A stretch of 64,000 nt of DNA from Alphaproteobacteria bacterium (lineage in GTDB: Bacteria > Pseudomonadota > Alphaproteobacteria > SP197), in the NCBI GenBank assembly GCA_964291415.2, contig OZ219918.1, positions 256,001-320,000 on the forward strand, in the 5' to 3' direction. Shown piece by piece: positions 20,366-30,896 of this stretch (position 1 is the stretch's first letter; every line of letters begins with the position of its first letter). The notes beneath the pieces are model-generated. The model saw only the letters and a list, made by a program, of their open reading frames with translations, made no database searches and was not told the origin of the DNA. The position numbers and the translations under genes were made by a program.

Positions 20366-20540
20366 ATGGCTGATGTGCCTCACCACCGTGTCGGCGGACG
20401 CAGGGCTCCAGGCAACGCGGTGCCCTTGGGCGATGTCACGAAGCCAGTGACGGGCGAGGTCGTCGCGCGGGTGCCGTTCGGATCGGTGTCGCTGGTGGCC
20501 GACGCGCTGCGCGTTGCGGCGGAGGCGCCGCGGAACTACG
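20366..20540 (+). pseudogene. N-terminal remnant of an aldehyde dehydrogenase (methylmalonate-semialdehyde dehydrogenase-like)
   Basis: MADVPHHRVGG...GDVTKPVTGEVVARVPFGS resembles ALDH N-termini (NPATGEV.ARV); similarity ends after ~55 aa. Confidence 0.5.
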
Positions 20541-20664
20541 CCGGGGTCGTCAAGGCTCTGGACGACCGGACCGCAAGCCAACGGCGGCCTTCTTTGCCAG
20601 GTTGTCCGTCGCCGCGCTTGGCGGGCCAAGCCACAATTCATCCGACAGGGGGGACGACAGTTCC

Positions 20665-21027
20665 ATGAGTCTGACGAGCAAAAGCAAGGTGAATCTGACG
20701 AGTAAACTCACGGGCGACATCATGACGATCTGGGCCGAAGGCCGCGTCGACAGCGTCAACGCATCGTTCTTCAGGACGGAAGTGTTGCGCCACGCCCGCG
20801 AGGCCGACGTGAACGTGGTCCTCGACTTGTCAGAACTGCGCTACTTGAGCTCCGCCGGGATAGGCGCACTGATCGTCATCGCGAGAGACATCCGGGCGAG
20901 GGAACTTGCCGTGTCGCTGTGCAGACTGTCCGAACCGGTACGGCTCACGCTGGAACTCTCAGGCGTTGACACGATTATTCCGACGGCTTCGACGCACGAG
21001 GAAGCAGTCGCGTCGTTTTCTTCATGA
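20665..21027 (+). CDS. STAS-domain anti-sigma factor antagonist
   Basis: EGRVDSVNA, VVLDLSELRYLSSAGIG with conserved phospho-Ser, LELSG. Confidence 0.9.
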   Translation: MSLTSKSKVNLTSKLTGDIMTIWAEGRVDSVNASFFRTEVLRHAREADVNVVLDLSELRYLSSAGIGALIVIARDIRARELAVSLCRLSEPVRLTLELSGVDTIIPTASTHEEAVASFSS

Positions 21028-21390
21028 CCGGGCGCGGTCTTCTGGAGGAGCTCGTGGGGACACGCGGGCGCCGGGTGGTCTCCGGGCCCGTGGAAGATGT
21101 CCGACCGATCACATGTGATGAACGGATCGCCGGCCTCAATGACGGCCGCCGCCGGCGCATCCGTCAACCCGACGCGCACTTGGCAACCCGAGGCACCGTC
21201 CTCCATCGCCTTGATGCGCACGCAGCAGGTCCCGGGAGCGAGCGCCGTTGGCAGTCAATCGACTGTCCTGTCGCGCAACGGCGGCCACGTCACTGTGGCC
21301 ACGTGGCTCTCGGCGCTCGCCGGTTTCTCGTTGAAGTGAGACCGTGAATCAGTCAGTCTATGAACGAAACCCTTCAAGGGAGGAGATATT

Positions 21391-22392
21391 GTGACATTGC
21401 CAAAACTTGCAACATGCGCGCTGGCTGCAGTGGCCCTGATCGGGCTTGGATTCAGCGCCTCTGACGAGGCAAGCGCAGACGAAAAGACATTCATCTCGAT
21501 TGGCACGGGTGGCCCGACCGGCGTCTACTTCGTGGTCGGAAACTCCGTGTGCCGCATGGTCCACAAGGAAGCCGCCGAGGGCCGGTCGTCAGGCCGCCAG
21601 CACGGCATTCGCTGTGCCGCGCCTTCCACCGGTGGTTCCACCTACAACATCGGCCAGATTTGCCAGGGCGAGCTCGAGTTCGGCGTGGCCCAGTCCGACT
21701 GGCAGTTCCACGCTGTGAACGGCAGTTCCGAAAAGGTCACCAACTGTCCCGGCCTTCGCGCGGTCTTCTCCGTGCACGGCGAACCCTTCCACCTCATCGC
21801 CAGTGCCGGGACCGATATCGGTTCCTTCACCGACACCAAGGGCATGCGCATGAACATCGGCAATCCCGGTTCGGGCCAGCGCGGCACGACCGAGGTTCTG
21901 ATGGAAGGCTACGGCATGACCACCGACGATTTTGCGGCGGCAACGGAGCTGACCTCGACGGAGCAGTCCCAGGCTCTCTGTGACGGCAAGATCGATGCCT
22001 ATGGCTACACCGTCGGTGTGCCCAATGCCGGCGTGTCCGTGGCAACCGACGGATGCGATGCCTACATCGTCAATCTCACCGGTGAGGTCGAGCAGCAGCT
22101 GGTGGCCGACAACCCCTTCTATGCCTTCACCACCATTCCGGCGGGGACGTACAAGACCACAACCGACGACGTGACCACCTTCGGCGTGATGGCGACCTTC
22201 GTCAGTCACGAGAACGTGCCTGAGGACGTGGTGTACGAGGTCACCCGAGCCGTGATGGAGAACCTGGACGACTTCAGGTCGCTGCATCCTGCCTTCAGGA
22301 ATCTCGATCCCGCAGACATGATCGTGAACGGGCTGTCCGCACCGATCCATCCCGGCGCGGCCAAGTACTACGCTGAACAGGGCTGGATGTAA
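21391..22392 (+). CDS. TAXI-family TRAP transporter solute-binding protein
   Basis: GGAGG RBS, signal peptide, IGTGGPTGVYF, STGGS, AQSDWQ, NIGNPGSGQR, PIHPGAAKYY. Confidence 0.93.
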   Translation: MTLPKLATCALAAVALIGLGFSASDEASADEKTFISIGTGGPTGVYFVVGNSVCRMVHKEAAEGRSSGRQHGIRCAAPSTGGSTYNIGQICQGELEFGVAQSDWQFHAVNGSSEKVTNCPGLRAVFSVHGEPFHLIASAGTDIGSFTDTKGMRMNIGNPGSGQRGTTEVLMEGYGMTTDDFAAATELTSTEQSQALCDGKIDAYGYTVGVPNAGVSVATDGCDAYIVNLTGEVEQQLVADNPFYAFTTIPAGTYKTTTDDVTTFGVMATFVSHENVPEDVVYEVTRAVMENLDDFRSLHPAFRNLDPADMIVNGLSAPIHPGAAKYYAEQGWM

Positions 22393-22404
22393 TCCTCGAG
22401 CCTG

Positions 22405-22440
22405 AAACGGCCGGCACCGCTCAGCGGTTGCCGGCCGTTT
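22405..22440 (+). terminator. stem-loop between TRAP binding-protein and permease genes
   Basis: aaacggccggca-ccgc-tca-gcgg-ttgccggccgttt inverted repeat 13 nt after the stop; terminator or mRNA-stabilising hairpin. Confidence 0.6.
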
Positions 22441-22456
22441 GCTTGCAGTTTTGCCC

Positions 22457-24823
22457 GTGACGAAGAGCGAGCCGGTATCGGAACCGGCTGGAGCCGCAGG
22501 GCTTGCGGAAACATTCGAGTACCAGGGACGTCGGCTTGGTCCAGGCGTGGCGCAGGTCGTCGGCCTTCTCTGTTTCGTGTGGTCCGTCTATCAGCTGTGG
22601 ATCGCCTCACCCTTTCCCTTCATGCTGGATTTCGCCGTCATCGGCGACGTGCCGGCGCGTGGGCTCCATCTCTCGTTCGCATTGCTGCTGTGTTTCCTGA
22701 TCTACCCGGTGTCGCGGCGCTGGAGGGAGCGCGGACTGCCGCCCTGGGACATCGTCCTGGCGATCACCGGCCTGGTCGTCGCCTCCTATCTCTTCTTCGG
22801 GTGGGACGGCCTCGTCTCCCGTCACGGTCTGCTCTATGTCTGGAATGGCATTCCGGTCGAGGCCATCCTCGGCGGTGTCGGAATCCTGCTCTTGCTGGAC
22901 GCCACGCGCCGCGCAATCGGCATCCCGCTGGTCGTCGTCTGCGGCGTTTTCCTGGTCTATTCGATCTTCGGCCAGTCGATGCCCGACATCATCTCGCACA
23001 AGGGGCTCAGCCTGACACGGCTGATCGGCTATCAGTGGCTGACGGGCGAGGCCGTCTTTGGCATCCCCATCAGCGTTTCGGTCAGCTTCGTCTTTCTGTT
23101 CGTTCTGTTTGGTGCGCTGCTCGAGAAGGCCGGGGCGGGGCGATACTTCCTTCACATTTCCTTCGCCATGGTCGGACGCTTCAGCGGAGGCCCCGCCAAG
23201 GCGGCAATTCTGGCGTCGGGCATGACGGGCATGATCTCCGGCTCGTCGATCGCCAATGTCGTGACCACCGGCACGTTCACCATTCCCGTCATGAGACGGA
23301 TCGGCATGCCCGCGGTGAAGGCGGGCGCCATCGAGGTCGCTGCATCGACCAACGGCCAGATCATGCCACCCATCATGGGCGCAGCCGCCTTCATCATCGC
23401 CGAGTTCATCGGAATCTCCTATTTCGACGTGGTCGTGGCCGCAGCCATTCCGGCCGTCCTCAGCTATGTCGCGCTGCTCTACATCTCCCATCTCGAGGCG
23501 GCGAAACTCGGTCTCAAGGGGCTTCCTTCGGCAGAGATTCCGCCGCTTGGCACGACCTTCGTCGCCGGGATCCATCACCTGGTTCCCATCGTCATTCTCG
23601 TCTATCTGCTCATGGTGGAGCGCTGGAGTGCGCACAGCGCCGTCTTCTATTCGATCCTCTCGGTCATGGTGATCATCATGGCGCACCGGATCGTCGCCTC
23701 GGTTCGCGGGCGCGGCCAGCCACTGGCAGAGGCGGTCCGCGACGGCTTCACCGAAATCTACCTCGGGATGGTTGCCGGCGCGCGCAACATGGTGGGGATC
23801 GCCATCGCCGTGGCGGCGGCCGGCATCATCGTCGGCGCCGTGTCGTCGACGGGCCTCAACAACGCCATGGTCGGCGTGGTCGAGGCGATCGCCGGAGGCA
23901 ATATCTACATCCTGCTGGGGCTGACCGCCATTCTCTGCATCATCCTCGGCATGGGGCTCCCGACGACCGCCAACTACCTGGTCGTCGCTTCCCTCCTGGC
24001 CGGCGTGCTGGTGGAACTCGGGGGTGCGGCAGGGCTCGTTCTGCCGCTCATCGCCGTTCACCTCTACGTCTTCTACTACGGCCTGCTGGCGGACTCGACA
24101 CCTCCCGTCTGTCTCGCCGCCTTCGCCGCCTCGGCGATCTCCAGGGCAGATCCCCTGAAGACCGGTGTGCAGTCGTTCCTCTACGACATTCGCACCGCGA
24201 TCCTACCGCTGGTGTTCCTGTTCAACACGGAACTGCTGCTTATCGGTGTCGAGAGCATCTGGCATGGTGCCCTGGTGACGGTGATGTCGCTGCTCGCCAT
24301 CCTCGCCTTCAGTTCCCTCACCCAGGGCTGGATGTTCATCAAGGTACGCTGGCACGAGTCGATCCTGCTGGCGGTCGCCTGCTTCATGCTCTTTCGCCCC
24401 GGCTTCTTCATGGACCAGCTGGCGCCGCCGTTCGAGACCGTGGCATTCGATGCCTTCGTCTCGGGCGAGTTCACGCCCGAGCCCGGCCGCCAGGTCCGCC
24501 TCCACGTCACGCGCGCAACGGACTACGGCGATCGCTTCAAGCTGTTCGTGCTGGAGACCCCGGACGAACAGGCGGCGACACCGTCGGAGACCTTCGGTGT
24601 CCACCTGGCGAGGGAGGACGAGGACACGTTCGTCGTGACCGACCTTGCCTGGAACGGCATGGCGGAACAGGCAGGCATGGACTGGGGCGACTACGTGACG
24701 GGCGTCGACGTGGAGCAGCTCGATCTGCCTCCCAAGGAGCTCGTCTATCCGGCCGGCCTGTTGCTGCTGGGCCTGGTCCTCGCATCGCAGTACCTGCGCG
24801 GCCGGCGCACCGCCTCACCCTGA
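22457..24823 (+). CDS. TRAP transporter fused 4TM/12TM permease (TAXI type)
   Basis: GGPAKAA, SGSSIANVVTTGTFTIP, ASTNGQIMPPIMGAAAF, GMGLPTTANY, TPPV; GTG start at 22457 inferred. Confidence 0.92.
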   Translation: MTKSEPVSEPAGAAGLAETFEYQGRRLGPGVAQVVGLLCFVWSVYQLWIASPFPFMLDFAVIGDVPARGLHLSFALLLCFLIYPVSRRWRERGLPPWDIVLAITGLVVASYLFFGWDGLVSRHGLLYVWNGIPVEAILGGVGILLLLDATRRAIGIPLVVVCGVFLVYSIFGQSMPDIISHKGLSLTRLIGYQWLTGEAVFGIPISVSVSFVFLFVLFGALLEKAGAGRYFLHISFAMVGRFSGGPAKAAILASGMTGMISGSSIANVVTTGTFTIPVMRRIGMPAVKAGAIEVAASTNGQIMPPIMGAAAFIIAEFIGISYFDVVVAAAIPAVLSYVALLYISHLEAAKLGLKGLPSAEIPPLGTTFVAGIHHLVPIVILVYLLMVERWSAHSAVFYSILSVMVIIMAHRIVASVRGRGQPLAEAVRDGFTEIYLGMVAGARNMVGIAIAVAAAGIIVGAVSSTGLNNAMVGVVEAIAGGNIYILLGLTAILCIILGMGLPTTANYLVVASLLAGVLVELGGAAGLVLPLIAVHLYVFYYGLLADSTPPVCLAAFAASAISRADPLKTGVQSFLYDIRTAILPLVFLFNTELLLIGVESIWHGALVTVMSLLAILAFSSLTQGWMFIKVRWHESILLAVACFMLFRPGFFMDQLAPPFETVAFDAFVSGEFTPEPGRQVRLHVTRATDYGDRFKLFVLETPDEQAATPSETFGVHLAREDEDTFVVTDLAWNGMAEQAGMDWGDYVTGVDVEQLDLPPKELVYPAGLLLLGLVLASQYLRGRRTASP

Positions 24824-24887
24824 AGAGACCGGTTGCAACTGTCCAGACCGGAGCCGCCTTGAAGCGTGGGGAAGGACGTGGCGGACG

Positions 24888-26508
24888 TCATCCCGGAGAC
24901 GTTTCATGAGCGGTTCGCTGGTTGGAACTGCCGGCCTTGATCAGGTCGGCAGCCTTCTCGCCGACCATGATCGAGGGCGCGTTGAGATTGCCGCTGGTGA
25001 TGGATGGAAAGATCGAACTGTCGACAACCCTCAGGCCGGAAAGACCGCGGACCCGGCATTCGGGATCGACCACGGCAAGGTCATCCGTTCCCATCCTGCA
25101 GGTGGAGCAGGGGTGGTAGCCGGTTTCGGCCTTGTGCCGGATCACCTCGTCGATGTCGGCATCGCTCCGGGCGCTTGCCCAGGTGTCCTCTTCGCGTGTC
25201 CGATAGGGATCAAGGGCCGCCTGCATGGCAATGTCGCGCGCCTGGCGGACACAGATCCTGAGGTCTTCGAGGTCCGAGGGTTCACTCAGGAAACGGAAAT
25301 CGACGGCGGGCCGGATGGCGGGGTCGGCGGACCGGAGTCTCACTTCGCCGCGACTGCGCTCCCGCAGGGTCCCGACACACATGGTGAAACCGCCGGTATC
25401 GGACGGGATGTCGTGGTCGCGGAGAAAGAACGGAAAGAAGTGATACTGGATGTCCGGGTGCGCCACGCTTTCGCGGGTCTTCGTGAAGGCGCCGGTGAAG
25501 ACGCCGTTGGTGGCGCAGATTCCGCTGCGGTTCAGGAACCAGCGGGCACCGGCCAGAGCCTTGGACAGCGGACCCGCATACCGGTTGAGCGAATGGCGAA
25601 CGGGACCCGCGAACGGGATGTGAAGCTCGACGTGTTCCTGGAGGTTCTGTCCGACGCCGGGCAGGTCGTGACGCACCGCGATTCCGACGTCCGAGAGGTG
25701 GGAAGCCGGACCGATGCCCGACAGCATCAGGATGTGCGGCGACCCGAAGGGGCCGGCCGACAGGATGATATCCCGGGAGCAGTGGACGACTTCGACGTCA
25801 CGGCCCCGTCTGATCCTGACGCCGATGGCGCGGTCCTCGTCGATCTCGATTCCGACAACTTCGGCATGGGTGCGGATATCGAGGTTGGGACGATGGCGCG
25901 CGGGTTCGAGATAGGCACTGGCGGTGCTGACGCGCCTGCCGTCGGCGATCGAGGCATCGAACCAGCCCATGCCTTCCTGATTCTCGCCGTTGAAATCGTC
26001 GCTGAGGCGAAACCCCGCCTCGAGTCCGGCCTCGACGAAGGCATCGCTCATCGGCAGGTGAAACGACAGGGGCCCCGTGCGCACCGGTCCGCTTCCGCCG
26101 CGAAAGGCCGTTTCGCCGCCGGCGTGTGTTTCGAGCCGCTTGAAGAAGGGCAGCACGTCGCGGAACGACCAGCCCGTGGCGCCTTCGTCCTGCCAGCGGT
26201 CGAAGTCCATCGGGTGCCCCCTCAGGAACGCCATGCCGTTGATGGCGGACGAGCCACCAAGACCCTTGCCGCGGGGCTGGAAGATCCGCCGCCCCGCCAT
26301 GTTGTCCTGGGGCTCCGACCACCAGGCCCAGTTGTAGGATCCGCTCGGTCCAGTTCAGATAGTAGCCAAGCGGCATGTCGATCGACCAGTGCCGCGCCCT
26401 GCCGCCGGCCTCGAGGAGCAGCACCCGTATCTCCGGATCCTCGCTCAGACGCGCCGCCAGCGCGCAGCCCGACGATCCGGCTCCGACGATGATGTAGTCC
26501 GGCGTCAC
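24888..26508 (-). CDS. GMC family oxidoreductase (choline dehydrogenase-like), frameshift near 26345
   Basis: [18 protein letters not shown] in ORF 25798..26607, continuing in another frame [52 protein letters not shown]. Confidence 0.85.
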
Positions 26509-26823
26509 GGGCCTTGCCAGGCAGGACGCCGTGAAGGCATTTGCCCCTCGCACAAGGCTTGATTCCGGGAGCGCCCAGTCCCACTGGCCATTCTGCCATG
26601 TCCTCAAAGAAGAACGTGATCCTTGTGTACCGGGTTTCAGCCATGGATCGCAATTCGCCGGCCGCTCGCCACCAGCCCGGTCCGGGCGGCCCGGCAGACT
26701 TCAAGCCCGTGCAGCGCGACGGTGTCGTGTCGGCGGGGCCTGCGGGACCTGTTGCCGAGGGACGGTCCGACAAGCATCATGCCAGGGGTCCGCGTCAGCG
26801 GACGGCATGTGGGAGACAAGCAG

Positions 26824-28029
26824 ATGGTTCACCTCAATCGCATGAAGTCGTGGCCCTGGGCCTACGATGACGTCATCGATCTGCCCCTGACGCTCTACGA
26901 GACGGAACCCTGGACGCCGGCCAGACCCCTCGCCGAGTCCCGAATCGCCCTGGTGTCGACGGCCGCCGTTCATCGCCGCGACGACAAGCGTTTCAGTCTG
27001 TCGGCCCGGGATTTCCGCCGTCTTGGAACGCATGACCGGGATCTCATCCAGAGCCATCACTCGGGCGACCATGACCGCACCGGCTTTCAGCAGGACCTCA
27101 ACCTGATCCTGCCGTTTGATCGCCTTGGCGAACTGGTCGAGGCCGGCGAACTCGGATCCATCGGGCCGACACACTATTCGTTCCTCGGCGGATCGCCGCC
27201 CGACCAGATGGAACGCGCCGCCCGTAAGGCGGCCGGTGAGATGAAGGCCGAGGGCGTCGACACGGTGCTGCTCTGTCCCGTTTGACCGTTCTGCACGCGC
27301 GCCGTGAGCGGGCTTGCCCATTACCTCGAGGAAGACGGACTGACGACGGTGACGCTGGCCTTTGTGCGCCCTCATGTCGAAGCCATGCGCCCGCCGCGGG
27401 CGCTGTGGGTGCCGTTCGAGCTCGGCAAGCCCTTCGGCGAGCCCATGGATGCGCCGTTCCAGATGCACGTTCTGCGCGCCGCGCTCGAGCTCCTCAAGGA
27501 ACCCAGCGGACCGGTCCTGGTCGACTACCCCGGACCGGTTTCCGACTACGACGGGAAGCTTGGCTGGTCGTGCCGTTCCCCGAAGCTGCAATCCGATGCC
27601 GAACGAACTGACCCTGCCACTTTGCTGGCCCGCATCGGTCAGGAAGACCGTACCATCCGGTCTCTCTACACCAGGGCCGTGGCCAGCCGCGGGCGCTCGA
27701 GTGTCGGTGCCAGCGGTGTGCCGCTTGACGATCTCGCTGGCTTCCTGACGGGTTTCCTCGCCAAGGACCCACCGGCCAATCCGGTCAGGAGCCTCTCCCT
27801 TCCGCAGACGTTCCGTTTTGCCCTTGACGATCTGATGGCCTACTACACCGAGGCCAAGAGCTTCGAGGGGGAACTCACCACGAGCACCGACCTGGGCCGA
27901 TGGTTCTGGGACGAGACGGCGGCGGGGCGCCTCCTGATCGAGCTCGAGTACGCATGCCGCAGCAGTTCGAACAGGACATTGCGCTGGATGTCCGAGATCG
28001 GGATTCTCGTTCCGTTCTATCCGGAATAG
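26824..28029 (+). CDS. probable selenoprotein, glycine/betaine/sarcosine/D-proline reductase selenoprotein B (PrdB-like) family, in-frame UGA at 27283-27285
   Basis: ORFs ending 27285 and starting 27304 share a frame; read-through gives VDTVLLCPV-U-PFCTRAVSGLAHYLE; family-like RIALVSTA, D.N...P.DRL.EL, RPPRALWVPFELGKPFG. Confidence 0.8.
27286..27311 (+). promoter_or_regulatory. candidate bacterial SECIS hairpin
   Basis: CCGUU-CUG-CACG-[CGCGC]-CGUG-AGCGG folds by eye into a stem-loop immediately 3' of the UGA. Confidence 0.5.
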
Positions 28030-28151
28030 CACCGGCACAGCGGCGATGCAGTCGTCCTGCCGTGCGGAGCAGCCCTGGCCGCCGGGTCCGAGGGCGGCAA
28101 ATCAAGTGTGGGACGACAGCGCATTCACGCTCCCGTCCCACACGGGACGAA

Positions 28152-29188
28152 CTACTTCATGACGTTCGTCCACACCTGGTCGTAGAGCCTCACGACATCG
28201 TCTTCGCAGGCAGGCACGAACTCGGGATCCGGCGTTCCTTCCGGAGCGTTGAGTTCCGGCGCCGTGGCGAGTTCGGGATCGAAGTATTGCGCCGCGCCCA
28301 TGATGCCCCCGTTCACCCCGACATAGTTCGATTCAAGGGCGATGTTCTCCGGCACCATCATGAAGTCCATGAAGATCATGGCATTCTCGATGTTCTCGGC
28401 GCCCCTGGGCACGGCCAGGTTGTCCATCCACCCGGTATAGCCCTCCCGGGGATGCGCAAACGCCACTGACGGCTTTTCAGCGCGTGTGCGGATGGCGTAT
28501 CCGTCCCAGTTCATCGTCGCATCGACCTCACCCGAGACGATCAGTTCCTTCGGGTCCATGGAGTAGGAGCGCACCCATTCCTTTTGCCGCAGAAGCAGTT
28601 CCTGAACCTGGCGCATTTCGTCCGGATTTGAGTTGCAGCGCGGGAACCCGAGATAGCGCAAGGCCATGTTGATGACCTCCACGGAGTCCTGGAACATGTT
28701 GATGCGGCCCTTGAGCACGTCCGGTGGATCGAAGAGGACGGCCAGCGTGTGGATGTCGCCGTCAAAGACGTCCGTGTTCACGTTGAAGCTTGTGGTGCCC
28801 CACATCCAGGGAATGGAGTAGTGGCGGCCTGGATCCCAGTAGACATCGACCCAGCGTGGCTCGACGTTCTTGAAGTTGGGGAGTTCGTTGGGCTCGACAC
28901 GCAGAAGCAGATCCTCCTTGATCAGGATCTCGACGAGATAGTCGCCCGGCACGATGATGTCATAGCCGGTCGCTCCGGCCATCATCTTGGCGAGCAGGTC
29001 TTCGTTGCTTGCGAACGTATCGATGTTGACCGTGATCCCGGTCTCGGCTTCGAACTTCTCGATGAGCTCGGGACTGGTGTAGTCCGCCCATGTGTAGAAG
29101 TTGACCTCTCCCTCGGCGCTGGCCCGGGGACGCCGAGCGAGGCGACCAGCAAGATGGCCCCCGTCACGCCAAGCAATTGTCTCAACAT
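28152..29188 (-). CDS. potD: polyamine ABC transporter substrate-binding protein, frameshift near 29125
   Basis: signal peptide MLRQLLG..; frame change in CCCCGGG gives ASAEGEVNFYTWADYTSPELIEKFEAETGI; GYDIIVPGDY, PWMWGTT, WMDNLAVP. Confidence 0.82.
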
Positions 29189-29299
29189 GATTGACCTCCC
29201 TTTGAATACGATTTGGATACAGACTGTAACCTTAACCCGGTCCGGGAGAAAGGCCAGTCGGGACAGTTTGACCTTTCAACGCGCAAGGCCCCGGGAACG

Positions 29300-29594
29300 A
29301 TGGTTTCGGCCGGGCTGGCCCTTGCGCCGAAGTCCGAGCCGGACAAGCCCCCTCGAAAGGGTCAGGCCGCCTTCGTTCTGGATTCTTTCGAGGTCGAGGA
29401 CGAATGGTTCGCGCTCGAGTTGGTCGCCTTCCAGGTGTTGTCCGGCGAAGGACCGCCTTCCGCGATCGCCGCGGAAGCAATCGAGACGATCAGGCGCTTG
29501 CGACTCAATGATGAGGAATGCTGTGGTGCGTGCGCCGAATACGCCGAGGATTACTGGCGCGAGGAAATCACAATCGCCGATGTGCGAAAAAATG
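29300..29594 (+). pseudogene. gene remnant interrupted by the tnpB element (continues 30932-30974)
   Basis: VLDSFEVEDEWFALELVAFQV...IRRLRLND...YAEDYW..EITIADVRKN continues as AP..VAR after the element is removed; resembles C-termini of HNH-type proteins (recalled, unverified). Confidence 0.5.
29587..29594. repeat. 8-bp target-site duplication, left copy (AAAAAATG)
   Basis: identical octamer at 30924-30931 flanking the element. Confidence 0.85.
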
Positions 29595-29626
29595 GGGGAT
29601 TGTATACGCAACTTGACAGAATCGAC

Positions 29627-29655
29627 TTGACATCCAATGGTGTTATCGATATGAA
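29627..29655 (+). promoter_or_regulatory. candidate sigma70 promoter for tnpB
   Basis: TTGACA-17 nt-TATGAA, ~40 nt upstream of the ATG at 29697. Confidence 0.4.
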
Positions 29656-29696
29656 TTCGTGTGGTAAATCAGTGCTCGCAATACCGGAGTCCCCGC

Positions 29697-30896
29697 ATGT
29701 CGTCCTCTGTCACCTATCGACAGATCACCTTTCGCCTGCTGCCCGAGAAGCGCAGCACCTGGCGGCGGCTGGAGGCCATGCTCGACACGCAGCGCTGTCT
29801 CTACAACGCGGCGCTGGAAGAACGGATCGACTGCTACCGCAAGACCGGCAAGTCGCTCACCTACTTCGATCAGGCGAAGTCCCTGACCCTTTGCCGCAAG
29901 GCGCTGCCGGACATGGCAGCGGTGCCGGTGGCCATTCAGCGCGGGACGCTCAAGCGCCTCGATCATGCCTTCAAGGGCTTCTTCCAGCGGGTGAAGCAGG
30001 GTGGGGCCGGGTTCCCCCGGTTCCAGGGACGCCGGCACTTCAACAGCCTTTCCGTGGTCTCCGGCGTCAGGGTCGAGGGCAGTCGCCTGCGCATCCCCGG
30101 CCTGGGCTGGCTGACCATCCGCCGCCGGGGCGGCAATCCCTGGCCGCAGGGCACGCCGGTGAGTGCGGTCCTCAAGCGCGAGGAGGGACGCTGGAAGGCT
30201 GTGGTGTGCCATGCGGTGTCGCTGCCGGAAGGGGACGACAACGGCCATGCCGTCGGCGTGGACATGAATGCGGGCCAGGTGGCGACCTCGGACGGGGAGA
30301 TCCTGCGCCTGGAGAGGAGCCGTCGTCTCGAGGCCCGTGCCCGGCGCTACGCCAAGCAGCTGGCGCGGCAGCGCCGTGGCAGCAGGCGGCGGGAGAAGAC
30401 GCGGCGGCGTCTGGCGAAGACCACCCGGCACATGGCCATGAAGCGCCATGACTGGCAGCACCACGTCAGCCGCCGGTTGGCGGATGCGGCGGGAACGGTG
30501 GTGGTCGAGGATCTCAAGGTCCGCACCATGACCCGCAGCGCCAGGGGCACGAAGGAGGAGCCGGGACGTCACGTGCGCTCCAAGGCGGGTCTCAACCGTG
30601 TCATCCTGGAGACGGGCTGGTCGTCGTTCCGGAGAATGCTGGACTACAAGGTTCACCGCGTCATCGCGGTGAACCCGGCCTACAGCAGCCAGACCTGTGC
30701 AGCGTGCGGCGTCACGAGCGCCCAATCACGCAGGACGCGGGACCTGTTTCAATGCGTGGCGTGCGGCCATGCGGATCACGCCGACCTCAATGCAGCGGCG
30801 AACATTCTGGCCTCGGGGACTGAGGCATCTGCGCGGGGAGGTTGCCGGGTTGCCGGGCCTGTGAACCGCGAAATCGATCAGAGGATGGCAGCATGA
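29697..30896 (+). CDS. tnpB: RNA-guided endonuclease TnpB
   Basis: CLYNAAL, GFPRF, RuvC-I VGVDMN, RuvC-II VVVEDL, Zn finger SSQTCAAC...CVACG, RuvC-III HADLNAAANI; D-E-D triad intact. Confidence 0.95.
   Translation: MSSSVTYRQITFRLLPEKRSTWRRLEAMLDTQRCLYNAALEERIDCYRKTGKSLTYFDQAKSLTLCRKALPDMAAVPVAIQRGTLKRLDHAFKGFFQRVKQGGAGFPRFQGRRHFNSLSVVSGVRVEGSRLRIPGLGWLTIRRRGGNPWPQGTPVSAVLKREEGRWKAVVCHAVSLPEGDDNGHAVGVDMNAGQVATSDGEILRLERSRRLEARARRYAKQLARQRRGSRRREKTRRRLAKTTRHMAMKRHDWQHHVSRRLADAAGTVVVEDLKVRTMTRSARGTKEEPGRHVRSKAGLNRVILETGWSSFRRMLDYKVHRVIAVNPAYSSQTCAACGVTSAQSRRTRDLFQCVACGHADHADLNAAANILASGTEASARGGCRVAGPVNREIDQRMAA

Noticed and set aside
22579-24909. 776-aa alternative-frame ORF over the TRAP permease
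   Set aside because: Arg/Gly/His-rich shadow ORF typical of high-GC coding DNA; no motifs.
29213-30451. 412-aa plus-strand ORF overlapping tnpB
   Set aside because: Chimeric read-through from the interrupted gene remnant into an alternative frame of tnpB.
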